The position numbers and the translations under genes were made by a program. Of a DNA stretch of 64,000 nucleotides, positions 24,900 through 37,799 are shown piece after piece. Source of the stretch: Camelus dromedarius (Eukaryota); NCBI RefSeq assembly GCF_036321535.1, contig NC_087437.1, forward strand, positions 92,630,001 through 92,694,000. Reading direction: 5' to 3'. Under the pieces are notes generated by a model. The model was not told the origin of the DNA and ran no database searches. It saw nothing but the letters and a program-made list of their open reading frames with translations. Every line of letters begins with the position of its first letter. Positions within the stretch are counted from its first letter, which is position 1.

Positions 24900-25310
24900 C
24901 GGTTTGCTGTATATAGCATCATGTCATCCACATATAGTGACAATTTTACCTTTTCTCTTTCAATTTGGATCCCTTTTATTTCTAACTCTTGTCCGACTAC
25001 TATGGTGAGGACTTCCAATACTATGTTGAAACAGAAGTGGTGAGACTGGGCATCCTCATATTTTTCCAGATTTTAACAGGAAGACTTTCGACTTCTCCTC
25101 GCTGAGTATTATGTTGGCTGTGGGTTTGTCATAAATAGCTTTTATTATGTTGAGATATGATATCAATTATATGTGGCTTTAAAACAATGACACAAATGAA
25201 CCTTTTTATAAAAGACAAACAGACTCACAGACATTGAAAACAAACTTACAGTTACCAGGGAGAAAGGATAGGGTGGAGGGATAAACCGGAGTCTGGGATT
25301 TGTAGATGCA
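24900..25310. mobile_element. Inverted L1 composite: antisense RT segment (24900-25159) plus sense 3' UTR segment (25160-25310)
   Basis: The minus part encodes the DDMMLY region and upstream RT. The plus part reads aatgacacaaatgaac...agactcacagacattgaaaacaaacttacagttaccaggg. Confidence 0.85.
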
Positions 25311-25539
25311 GTTGCAATTTTATAAAACATTGATGACTACAGTAGATTTAGATCCTAAAATTGTATGGAATTTCCACTGAAGCAGAAGTCAACTCCTTTG
25401 TGACTAGCCAAGGCCATAAGTTTCATGAGGGCAGGCCCTTAACTGTGTGACTCACTGCAGTATCTGCAGCTTGATACCTTGTAGACACAGAACCGGTACT
25501 TGGATAATAAAATGATGAGTCTTTCACTGCAATGACACA

Positions 25540-26810
25540 CCAATTTCTCCTCACTCTTGTTCTTCTCAGTGTTGACATTCATCCACTTGCCCAAGCAAGA
25601 AACCATGAATCATCACAGACTTCCTCTATCTTACTCATTCTCCCAATATAATTCTCAATAAGCAACTTTTGTTGATTCTCCTCCCAGAATTCAATTTAGT
25701 GAATCTGTGAATTTTAGTGATTTTTTTCCTCCCATTAGCACAATGCTTGTTCAGGTCACCATTCTTGTTCATTTGCACTCCTGCTAAATCCCTCTAACCA
25801 TCCTTCTGCTTCTAATAGTTCTGCTAGAATCAACTCTCCAAATTACCACCATGCTAATAAGTGTTGTGGGTTGAATTAAGTTCCCCAAAAAGATACGCTT
25901 TAGTGCTAATCCCCAATACCTGTGAATGTGACCTTATTTGGAAGTAAGTTAATTTGAGGCTTTACCAGATTAGGACAGGCCCTAATTCAATGGCTGGTGC
26001 CCTTATAAGAAGTGGGAAATTTTGACACAGGAAAAAAAAAAAAAAAAGAATAGAGAGAATACTACAAGACCATGGAGAAGTAGTAGTGGCAGAGATTGGA
26101 TGCATCTACAAGCCAAGGGACACCAAAGATTGCCAGGAACCATGAGGAGATTGAAAGAGGCAAGGAGAGAGCTTTCAGAGAGAGCATGGTCCTGCCTGCT
26201 GACACCTTGCCTTCAGACTTTTAGCCTCTGGAACTGTAAGAATACATTTCTGTCGTCTTAAGTCACCCAATTTATAATTATCTGTTATAGCAGCACTAGG
26301 AAACTAATAGCACATGAAAAAACAAAAAAATCAATTAAGTCACTCTGTTGGTCAACATCCTTCTTTAACTATCTTCTTCCAGTGGAATACAAATTAATTT
26401 ATAAATCCTGAAGAAGCCCACGATCTGGATCCTCCCTAACTTCTCTAGACTAATCTCTTGACAATTTCACTTTCCAGGTTTGCCACACTTCAGAGATGCA
26501 GGACTTGTTCACTTTCCGCCAATATGCCTCATGCTGCCCCTTCTGCCTGAGCACACCCTTTCTCTCCACTGCCCTCCTCCAATGAACATGACTAACTCTG
26601 AAATTTTCCTGTCTCACGGCTTCATTCCACCAGGGAGATCTCTCAAGATATTGAAACTAGTTTAGGCTCACCTGCTATGTAGCATACAGACTTTATTCTA
26701 AGTATTGGATTAATTTTCTTTTTCTCTCTGTAAATTGTAGATTCTCTAAAAGGAGGCAACAGCTTTCCTGTATTTTCCACTGTATTTCCTGTATAATGCT
26801 TTGCACATTG
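25540..26810 (+). mobile_element. L2 fragments flanking an MLT1
   Basis: catccacttgcccaagcaagaaacc...gttcaggtcaccattcttg; on the right, gatctggatcctccctaacttctc...ctgtatttcc. Confidence 0.6.
25862..26310 (+). mobile_element. MLT1C-like MaLR LTR
   Basis: tgttgtgggttgaattaagttccccaaaaagatac...tgtgaatgtgaccttatttgg...ctacaagccaagg...gttatagcagcactaggaaactaata. Confidence 0.88.
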
Positions 26811-26854
26811 CTGTGATTACTTTACTTTTAGTATCAGATCACAATCACCACTAC

Positions 26855-27115
26855 TACTAACACTAGTAATAAGAAAGAGCTACCAATTATCGAGCACTTA
26901 TTTGTACCAGGAATTTTGCAAGTAATAAAAAAAGTCACATCATTTAATATCCTTATCTACTAGAGATTACATAATAATTACTACTTTTCTAAGTTATAGC
27001 TGAGAAAAGTGAATTTTAGAGTGGTTAAATTACTAATGCAAGGTCGCATTACTCTGAAATAATAGAAGGAGAGCTCATCCCAGTTGTTTCTGACTTTGAA
27101 AGGTCATATTTTTAA
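26855..27115 (-). mobile_element. MIR
   Basis: agctaccaattatcgagcacttatttgtaccagg...gctgagaaaagtgaattttagagtggttaaattactaatgcaaggtc. Confidence 0.7.
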
Positions 27116-29317
27116 TGATTTTGCTCAATAAATATTAGTTGACATTCCAACAGAGAGAGCAACACAAATAAAGACCAAGTGTTGAAATTAACACAACTGT
27201 GTTTGAGGAAAAATAAGACAGAGATTTAACTTTTAGTAATAAAATGAAAAGGGAGGTTTGTTGCACATTAAGGACAGATTAAGAGGCAAATTTGAAGAAG
27301 ATAATTGTGACCCTATGATTAGGTTTAAAATGGTCTTTCGGAAAGTAGAATAGAAAGAAATAAAGGTGTATTCATTGGCGGTAAGTCAATTATGACACTA
27401 TCTCCTCCGAAGAGGCCAACTCATAAAAACAGCACTGGACTAAAAAAATGTAAACTGATTCAGCTCCATCAAATATACAGCACCCTTTTCATATGGACCT
27501 TTAAAAAATACTCCCAAATTTGGGAGAAAAGCACAAGGATGGGTTGGAGTGTTGTGACATGTATGTTCTAAAATTTTGTGATGTAGCTGCCTAAATTTGG
27601 TGATCACCACTGGCTAAATTTCTGAAAACAAATAATGTGCGATGTACTAGGAATGAAGAATTTATTATCTAGATGTTAAATCCTTAAATAATATTTTCAA
27701 GGCAATGTCTAGTTTAAAAGTCACACAAGAAAATTAGAGTAATAACATTGTCATATCTTTTTACAGAATATTGATGCTGCTCTGGGCGATGAAAGCAATT
27801 AGTGCATGAATCTCTCTCTGCATACACTTTTTTTTAATAATAGAAAATGAGTTGCATCCCAGTGTAGATGTTGATAATATATTTAAAGAGTATTTGTTGG
27901 AAGAGTTGTCTAATTCCCAGCCAATTCCAGGAGCTCCCATGACCCAGTCAGGCTTTGGTGGAAGGAAGCAGTAGCTTTTGATATTACTTGAGGTGAGGAG
28001 AGAAAGGTCACTTCAAATTTCAACCTGCAACATGATGATTGTGAGCTGATTTTTTTAGTAAAAAAAAAAAAAAGGAAAAGGAAGAACTGACTTACAGAAA
28101 AGTATGATGAATTCTGCTTTATTCATTTAGGTTCTAACTACATTCAAGTGTAAATGTTCAATAGAAAATGAAGAAATAGTAGAATGATAGACGTGGATAT
28201 TGTGGCGTGGAGATGGAGGACTGGGATGCCAGAGAAAGGCCATAACCAAAGAAAAACATCTGGGGTGTTCTGGTTAAGAAATGATCTCAGGAGTGTATCC
28301 TGTTTTCCAAAGAAATGGAGCAAAAAGCAAATATAGTGGGGAACTTACTCAACTTTAGGTAACTCCAAAGACAGTATGTAATAATAAAAAAGGAAGAAAA
28401 GCAAGTTTAGAAGTATAGAGAGGTTAAGAATAGTGCATAAGCAGAGTAAGGAAAATTTGAAAGGGAAATGGTCACCAAGAGCAAATATTAAGAAGTGGTC
28501 AAGAACAAGGAAGACCAAGAATGGGGTCTTGGATTTAACAAGATGTTAGTGTTCTTTGGCAAAGTAGATCTGGGACAAGGGTAAGACTTTGAGCCAAGAA
28601 GTAGTGGATTCATCAGAAAATAACTAGGGAGGAACAAGAAGGAATGTAGTATAAAAGGGAGAATGGAATGTTCACATAAAAATTCTATCTTAACCTATAA
28701 ATAAGCAGGGCTGACTTGGTTGATGTTTCCTCAGAAAGTGTTCCCATGTATCCTCTAAAAGTTCTCACAGATGATGGTAACACATTTACGTAAGAAGTGT
28801 ATGCAAATAATTATGCCAGGATCTGTGAAATAAAGACAGTTTTATAGGATACTGTTCCCGAATACATACAAGATAGGTGGGAAATCAAACCATAATGATG
28901 TGGAGACACAAATTTAAGAATGAATTAAAAATACATACACATGAAATGCAAGAAAAAATTTTAAAAGTTACAGGAAACTGAGTCAAGGCAAGGGAATGAG
29001 AAATACAAGACTTTGGGGGCTGGAGGGGATGTTATATATGTTAGACTGGAAAGGCAGGAGTAATAGGAATCACTTGCAATCGTATTAGGAGGACATGCCA
29101 GAAGAGGTGAAATACTTTCAGAAGGAATAATGAGGCACAATTGATGAAGAAATGGAAGGGTTATAAATAGATTGGAGGGACCTATATTTATTACTTGACT
29201 AAACTGAAACATAGAAATGGTAAATGATGAAACAGGAAAGTTTACTAGAGATCAGGTATCACCTGTGCCCTGCTGAAAAAGGTATCTGGATGATTTAATC
29301 GAATAGAAATTAGAGGA

Positions 29318-29490
29318 CTGGTGCTCAAACATCAATGTACATGAGGATCTCCCAGGATTCTTGTTAAAAATTCAGATTCTGAGCCCCCATCAGAGACCTT
29401 CTGTGCCCACGTGTAGATGGTGGTGTGCGACATAGGTAATTATCTCCAGGGTGATAGAGGTGGTCTCCTTCCCACACTTTGAAAATATTG
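29318..29490. mobile_element. MER5-like hAT-Charlie MITE
   Basis: tggtgctcaaac...gattcttgttaaaaattcagattctgagcccc...cccacactttgaaaatattg. Confidence 0.7.
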
Positions 29491-30082
29491 GAGGGTCAAA
29501 AATATGTACGTAATTACATTTTAAAAGATGGGAATTAATTTCAGCAAGAAAGATTAAAGAAGTTAAGTAGGGTAACAGCACAGAAAGCAGGAGGATGATA
29601 TAATAACCCCACTCCCAGTGTATTAAGTGCATATATAAGAGGATAGCTAAGCCATTTTTCTCCATTTCCATTGTTGTCTACGTAAGAGGTAATTGACTCA
29701 GATTAAAGTAAAAACTCATTTACTGGGAAAGATTTCTTGACTTAAATCACGATCATAGGCTAGAACTGTCATGAAGGATGTTTAGGAGAATCTATATTCC
29801 TATTTTGTTCTGACTTGTTTAGAATAATAATAATAATAAAAACCTATCAGTCCTGGCTATTTTAGGGTGTGTCCCTTCACCAATATTGGAAATAGGGTCA
29901 TTGACTATAGGATATTTTAAGTTTTTTCCTGGTTCTCTGCTAGAAACCTTTAATAAGAATATATTGCTCTTTGAGGAGGCTATGCAAGAGTCATTAACTG
30001 TGACTAATACACCATCCTCAAGACGCACCAGAGCAGCCTCATTAATCACGTCAAATTGCTGCTAAAGGCATTTTGTGTATGA

Positions 30083-30120
30083 ATGTGTGTGTGTGTGCAT
30101 GAGTGTGTGTGTTTGTGTGC
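30083..30120. repeat. Imperfect (TG)n repeat
   Basis: Seen directly. Confidence 0.85.
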
Positions 30121-33100
30121 ATGGTCATTTATTAAACTCCTTCGGAGTTACAGAATGAAGATAATGACTTAATTGAAAGTTGCACACTGTCTACTTCTTC
30201 TACTTTTTTTCTCTTTTTCCCTAACTCTTAGGACCAGTCCTGCAACCAGGTGGCTCCTTTCCTTAGCCAGCATTTGTGGATGCTAAGTGATTCAGAGTTA
30301 CTCAAGCAAACAGAGGATGGAATTCCACCTGGTTCTCTCTCTCTGCTACAATGAGAGAAGCAGAATGGGTTCTGTAGCCCTCCTGTGCTGTGATAAGCCA
30401 TTAAAAAAAAACAAAAGGCTGGCTAAAGTGACTACAGATGTTATGTGAAACAGCCAGTATGTTTTCCACCTGTCTGTATTTGCCTAAGGGGTCAGGGACA
30501 ATCAAATTAAAGCAATATGCAAGATGTGACAGATGTTTGTCCTATTGAGATAAATCTGAGCAAGATGCAGAAAGGTAGAATAAATGTAATACATAAAACA
30601 AAACACAGAAACCACTCTAGACGTGTCCTGAGAGTAACAACATTTCTAAATAAAGGCCCATTACTTTACGTCCTTCCCTTCTAATTAGACCCATAATTGG
30701 ACACTTTATAGTACCTAGTGGAAACATAATTAGTCAGTCTTTTTATAGTAGCGTAATTTGTTGGGAGTTAGATTGTTGAAGTGGGAGAAGGGTCATTTTG
30801 GAGAATTTTATCTCTTTTTCAGGCTACAGGTAATAATATGGTGCACTGCCCATTTTGTTGGAAGAACTTGGGTGAATGTTTCACCATCAAATTAATGTCC
30901 TCCAATCTAACTCATGTACCTCTCAAATATAGGATGATGGTCTGTATCTCTGAAGCTAATGTCAGGTAATGAAAAAGCCTTTCAATACCTTATTGACTGG
31001 AATGTTGCTAACATGTCAAGATCAAGGAAAAGGGAGTTAGATGTGACGTTATGATTATATATGTCTTGAAACAAAACACTAATATAGGTCATTTTTCTTT
31101 TGTGTCACACTGCCTAGATGTCTCTGGTCAAATAGACAATATATGTTCCTTGGCAAAGTTCTTTTTTGATCTCTATCTTTCTTTTCCTATCTTAAAATAC
31201 TTTATGCTCTGAAATTTCAGCAACTGCTCCTGAAAATTATTAGACTTAAAAAATATGAGTTGGCCAGCAAAAGCATAAAACCAGTCAACCACTGGACATT
31301 AACTCATTTGAAGGTTGTAAAACCTTACAAGATATGATGAAATAGCATTCATTGCATTTTGTGAAAAGAATAATTGGTTCCAATTCAAGTCATTTGTAAA
31401 TACTTTCAGAGACATAATAGAAGGTTGTATGTTTTTAGCTTTAAGACAAAAGACTATTATGATTACTGGTGTATACTGTTTCCTAATTTTATTGTAATAA
31501 CATGACACATGGGTCTGAGTGCAGGTAATCCACTTCTGGCCTCAGTTGCTACCAGCTGTAAGTTGATTTAAATGACAACTTATGTGGCTGTAGTGAAGGC
31601 CAATGGAAATCACATAAACCATTTTTTCTTTCTCTGCTGAGGTTTCCAAACTCTAAATCACAAGGCAAGTCAAGCACAGAAGCCTAATTGAGATTTGGAT
31701 GCCTGCTGCTTGTTGCAGTATCCTCCTTACTAACATGGAAGGAAGATCTACTGTGGACCTTGGAATTTTTGTTGGAGTCATCCAATGTTGGGTAGTTAAG
31801 CATTGTTGGTATTGAGGAGGTATTTCTTGAGAGAACACCAATTTTTTTTTAAATTGACCTAATGAATTTGTGATTTATCAACATATTTGATGAGTGCTTA
31901 TTTGTCAGACACCATACTACAACTAAGCTTTCTCCTTCCCAAACTCTATCTGTGGCAGAGACTGCAAATACTGGAATTACCTTATCAATGGTGCTTTGAA
32001 ACGCATAGCATTCCATTCTCTCATTCAATCTTTTCCGGGACAAGATGTGTAAATCATCAGTGCTTTCATGAGAGAAGGAAATGTACCCAGAAGGTTACAA
32101 GCTTGTCCTGTTATTATTAGTGAACATCAGAAGCATTTAAGGAAACCAGGATAGCTGGCCAAAAAAACAAAACAAAACAAAAAAACCCATGAAGATGGAA
32201 AATGAGGATGCCTCAGGCTAAAGAGATGCTAAGAGGAGTGATTGCTCATTGTTCCATCGACCAATTCTGTCAATCACATGGCACATAGGAAAATGTGCCT
32301 GCCAACACAAATGAAATAGATGGACTAATTTAACAAGCACTAATCAACTAACTCAGGTGGAAATTTCAGTTATATTGTGCTGATGTGTATACACTGACAA
32401 TAGGTTAATTTCTAGGTCAGTTCAGGCATTAGAAAATTCTTTGGCTAATAAAATTGACTGATTTGTGTGTTTTGTGTGTTCTTCAAGTTTGAAAAAAAAA
32501 GACACCATCCCCTCAAAACCCACTTTGAAAAATTGAAAAAGTACTATTTTCCCCCTAACAAAATAAAATTATTGAGATTTCTGGATTGTTTAATTCATAG
32601 CAGATGGACTGTTTCACTCAGTTTAGGCTATAACATTTTTTATAATTATATTTTGTGTATATAAATTTCGTGGGTTTTTTACTGTAAAACTGGCCATTTA
32701 TTTACACTATTACTTACATATATATGCCACTTATTTACACAACTAAAAGGGAGAATTCTTACAATTTTACTAAGATATGTTATGTAGCTGGACTTTGGAT
32801 AATCTGTGTAAGGAATTTTGTAGCTTACCAGAAGTCAATTTATATACTATATAATGTAGATAGTTCATATATATCAGGGAATTATAGAAGTCTCTACCTG
32901 AAAGAAAGCCTAAATTTGCAAAAATGTAATATCTGCTCAATAAAAATTATGGAATAAGGAGATTCAAACTTAACAAACTGAAGAAGTTAGAGATCCATAT
33001 AATTATATGAAATACATAATTAATTAAAGTGCAATTGCCCTTGAGTGCAAAGATAATAATGTATTTTCCTGTATATCATAAGTTACACTTATATCACCAA

Positions 33101-33654
33101 CCTTTGCTTGCCTACCAGCTCTCATCCTTGGTCTTAAAAAATAAATAAGAGAACATCAAAATGTTAGGATTTTTCAAAATTAATACTGTTTTTCAAAACT
33201 ATGGAGTAAATAATCCTTTTATTTATTCATGGGAAGAGGAGGAATATGGTATATTTAAAGGAAAGTCCAACAAAATACATGAGAAATTAATGAAAATTTT
33301 TATAGATTGTAAATGAAGTTGACTGTAAGATGTTTCTCTTAAGTGATATAAATAAATTGCATCTTAATAGTTTTACTTTACAAATCAGAGATATGTATTA
33401 TCAACTTAAACAAAATTTTAACATACATTTTTAAAAAATAAAGAGTTTCTAGGCATCACTATAAACTGATAAATAACATTTTAATGTCTAAATAAGAAGC
33501 TGTTCACTTTTGTTCTCTTTTGGTTGATTTCCAAAATCCAAAAAAAAATTTTTAAAGAAATGTTGTCAGTGTCCTATTTACAGTGTTCATGAAAGAAGAG
33601 TCCTTAATAGATGGGTCCTTATGTCTAGTGTGCTAGATCAGTACTGAATGAATG

Positions 33655-33906
33655 AATAAATTCTAGGTATATAATGTACAGGATAGTGAATATAGTTAAA
33701 TACTACTGTGTTGTATACTTGAACTTCGCTATGAAAGGAGATAGTAAGCATTCTCACCATGCACATACAAAATGGTAATTATGTTAGCTGATGGCTATGT
33801 TAAATAGATTGTTGTAATCATTTCACAATGTCTATGTATATTGAATAATCACACTGCAGACTTTAAACATATACGTTCTTATGTCATTATACATTCTTAA
33901 AAAAGC
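33655..33906 (+). mobile_element. L1MA9-like 3' end
   Basis: aatgtacaggatagtgaatatagtta...ttgtatacttgaacttcgcta...ttctcacca...taatcatttcacaatgt. Confidence 0.8.
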
Positions 33907-34013
33907 ATTTGAGAAGCAGATTCCTTGAGGCCAGTGTCTCTAAACCTTACCAGACTCAGAAACTGCTTGTTGTTACTAAATTTTGTCCTATAGCACACTT
34001 GAAATGAAACTTC

Positions 34014-36571
34014 AATGTTTACAGCAGCAATATTTACAATAGTTAAGACATAGGAACAACCTATATGTCCATCGACAGATGACTGGATAAAGAAGTTGTG
34101 ATATATCTATATAATGGAACACTACTCAGCAATAAAACATAATAAAATAATGCCATTTGCAGCAATGTGGATGGACCTAGAGATTGTCATTCTAAGTGAA
34201 GCAAGCCAGAAAGAGAAAGACAAATTGAAGAATGAAAACCATATGATCATCTCAATAGATGCAGAAAAAGTTTTTGAGAAAGTTCAACATCCATTTATGA
34301 TAAAAATGCTCCAGAAAGTTGGCAAAGAGGGAACATACCTCAACATAATAAAGTCCATATATGAAAAATCTACAGCTAATACCATACTCAGTGGTAAAAA
34401 GCTAAAAGCATTTCCTCTAAGATCAGGAATAAGAAGAATATCCACTCTTGCCATTTTTATTCAACATAGTTTTGTAAATCTTATCCACAGCAATCAGAGA
34501 AGAACAAATAAAAGGAATCTAAATTGGGAAGGAAGAAATAAAACTCACTGTCTGCAGATGACATGATACTATACATAGAAAATCCTAAAGATGCCACCAG
34601 AAAACTACTAGAGCTGATCAATGAATTCAATAAAATTGCAGGATAGAAAATTATTATACAGAAATATTTTGCATTTCTGGACACTGAGTTATTAAAAAGG
34701 GAAATGCATTTAGCATTGCATCAAAAAGAAGAAAATACCTAGGAATAAACCTACCTAAGGACATAAAAGACCTGTACTCGGAAAACTATGACACTGATAA
34801 AAGAAATTGAAGATGACACAAACAGATGTTCTTGGATTGGAAGAATTAATATTGTTAAAATGACCATATTACCAGAAGGAATCTACAGATTCAATACAAA
34901 CCTTATCAAAACACCAAAAGCATCTTTCCCAGATCTGGAACAAATAATTTTAAAATGATAATGGAAATACAGACAACCCTGAATAGCCAAAACAATCTTG
35001 AGAAAGAAGAACAGAGCTGGAGGAATCATGCTCCCTGACTTCTGACTATACTACAAAGCTACATTAATCAAAACAGTATGGTACTGGCACAAAAACAGAT
35101 ACACAGATCAATGGAACAGGATAAAAAGCCCAGAAATAAACTTTCATACTTGGAGTCAATTAACCTATGACAAAGGAGGCAAGAATATACAATGGAGAAA
35201 TGGCAGTCTCTTCAACAAGTGGTGCTGGGAAACTGGATAGCTCCATGTAAAAAATGAAATTAGAACATTCTTCAACACCATATACAAAAATTAACTCAAA
35301 AAGAATTAAAGACCTTTATGTAAGACCAGATACTATAAAACTCTTAGAGGAAAATACAGGCAGAACACTTTTTGACATAAATTGCAGCAATATATTTTTG
35401 GATCCATCTCCTAAAGCAAAGGAAACAAAAGCAAAAATAAACAAATGGGACTTACTGAATGAGAGAAAGTATTTTCAAGTGATATGACCAATAAGAGGTT
35501 AATATCCAATATAAACACCTCAGACAACTCAACATCAAAAAAACAAAGAACCCAATTTAAAAAATGGGCAGAAGAACTGAATAGACAGTCTTCCAAAGAG
35601 GAAATGCAGATGGCCTACAGGCACATGAAAAGATGCTCAACATTGCAAGTCACCGGGAAAATGCACATCAAAACCACAATGAGGTATTATCTCACACCTG
35701 TAAGAATGGCTATCATCAAAAACAACACAGATAAAAAATGTTGGTGAGGATGTAGAGAAAAGGGAACCCTCTTATACTGTTGGTGGGAATGTAATTTGGT
35801 GCAGCCACTGTGGAAAACAGTATGGTGATTTCTCAAAAAACTAAAAACAGAACTACCAAATGACTCAGCAATTCCACTCCTGAGCATATATCTCCCCGAA
35901 AACAAAAGCACTAATTCAAAAAGATACATACATCTCAATATTCACAGAAGCATTATTTATAATTACCAAGGTATGAAAGTAACCAAGGTGCCCATTAACA
36001 GGTGAATGGATAAAAAAAAGATGTGGTGTATATATACAAGGCAATGTTAACCAGCCATGAGAAAGAAGAAAATCCTGCCATTTGCAGCAACATGTCTGGA
36101 CCTTGAGGGCATTATGCTACATGAAATAAGCCAGACAGAAAGAGAAATACTGCATAGTATCACATATATGTGGAATTAATTTTTTTATGTCAAACTCATA
36201 AAAACAGTAGAAAAAGTGATTGGTTGCCAGGGCATGGGGGGAATGTGTGGGGGGGGAGATAGGGAGAGATTGGTAAAATGTACAAATTTTCAGCTATAAA
36301 ATGAATAAAGTCTGAGGATCTAATGTAAAACATGGTGATGATAGTTAATAACACTATATTGTATAACTGAAAGTTGCTGAGTGTAGAACTTAAAAGTTTT
36401 CAACTACAACAACAAAGATAGATGAATATGTGAGGTAATCTGTATGTTAATTAACTAGATGGGGGAAGTCTTTTTACAATGTAGTATATGTATATTAAAG
36501 TGCTGCTATGTACACTTTAAATATCTTACAATTTTATACATCAATTATACCTCAATAAATCTGCAATGAAA
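34014..36571 (+). mobile_element. Chimeric L1: ~210 bp ORF2 C-terminal piece placed 5' of a ~2.35 kb RT-to-3' UTR body
   Basis: ORF 34114-34566 fuses MEHYSAIK...[11 protein letters not shown] to [11 protein letters not shown]...QHPFMIK. The body contains ADDMILY, DQWNRI and [12 protein letters not shown] and an L1MA9-like 3' UTR. Degenerate TSD gaaatgaaacttc/aaagttaaacttc. Confidence 0.93.
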
Positions 36572-37799
36572 AAAGTTAAACTTCCAGAAATAATATTTAT
36601 ATGTGATTATAATGCATATTTTAATAAACTACTCTATTGATACAGTTAGAGAAAAGACTGTTCTTGCTAAATCAAAGATCACTGTAAAGTTTATATATTA
36701 TTCATAATTTTATACTATTTTGGTTTTAAAATTTTATGCACTTAAAAATGAAAAATCTCCATAGGGATTTTTTTAAACTACAGAAACACAATTCTCAGAG
36801 AAGCTGCAGAGTGAAATGAGTGAGCACATAGAAATAGCTTTGTTACATACAGCTTGGGAATATTTCTCTAAATGGTGGATGGAATGACCCAGGTGTCCAC
36901 CAGTTGTGGTGATAAAAATCTTGCTGTTATGTTACTTCTAGAAGGTGTGAAAATATATGAGTGCAAATAAAAATAGCAATTAAAAATATGTAAGATCGTT
37001 AGCCAAACAGACAGAACTGGCACAGGAAAAATCATTTGCTGCCACAAAAAAATAAAAATAATTGAATGCTCCAAATTTTAGTGTCAGCTCTCATCTGAGG
37101 ATACTTAATGGAAAGCATGAGTCTACAAAGCAGGATGCAAGTTGTAGCAAACAGTTGCCTATGGGGATGTAGCCAATAATTCACAGCTATGGGCAGAACC
37201 AGGAATATCCTGCTTCATTTTTTGGTAATACTTTGTGCTTATTAAAATTGTAACAGTTTACAGTTTTTGAAATTAAAGGTTCTGGATGTCTTTGTACTTG
37301 GAGAGACATAAGTGTCAAAAATTATTTGGAAACTCTTGACAAAGCTTAAAGCTCAGAAAAATAAATTCTGATTTTTTTTTTTCAGTTAAGAGGGGAGAAT
37401 TATTCTTACAGTTAGAATAAAATATACTGTAAACTTTATGATATATTTTTATGACCCAAAAGAGGAAAATGTTTATGTCAGTTATTCTGTTCAATCAAGC
37501 AGTTTGAATAGTTCATACATAGAACAGAGGCTCAAGTAAAGCATAAATCTTGTCTGCGATGTTCACGGAAGACAGTAAGGGCTGGGTGTGTACTTTTCAA
37601 ATTAATAAGTGGGGCATATGAAAACTTTACAACTGAATATAGTGAATTATTTTAAGTGCTTTCCTTTTAAAAATTCTAGAGAGTTATTGTAATCTATATT
37701 GTAACTTATTATTTATTTACTTATTTAAACAAACAAAAATTAGGTCTTAGGTCAAATTTTAAAAAAGAATTCTGAGTTTTCGCATTCATATGGTAACAC

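Noticed and set aside
32238..32310. Two adjacent small hairpins (GTGATTG/CAATCAC, GGCACAT/ATGTGCC) resembling an H/ACA RNA
   Set aside because: No ANANNA hinge box, stems of only 7 bp, and total length too short.
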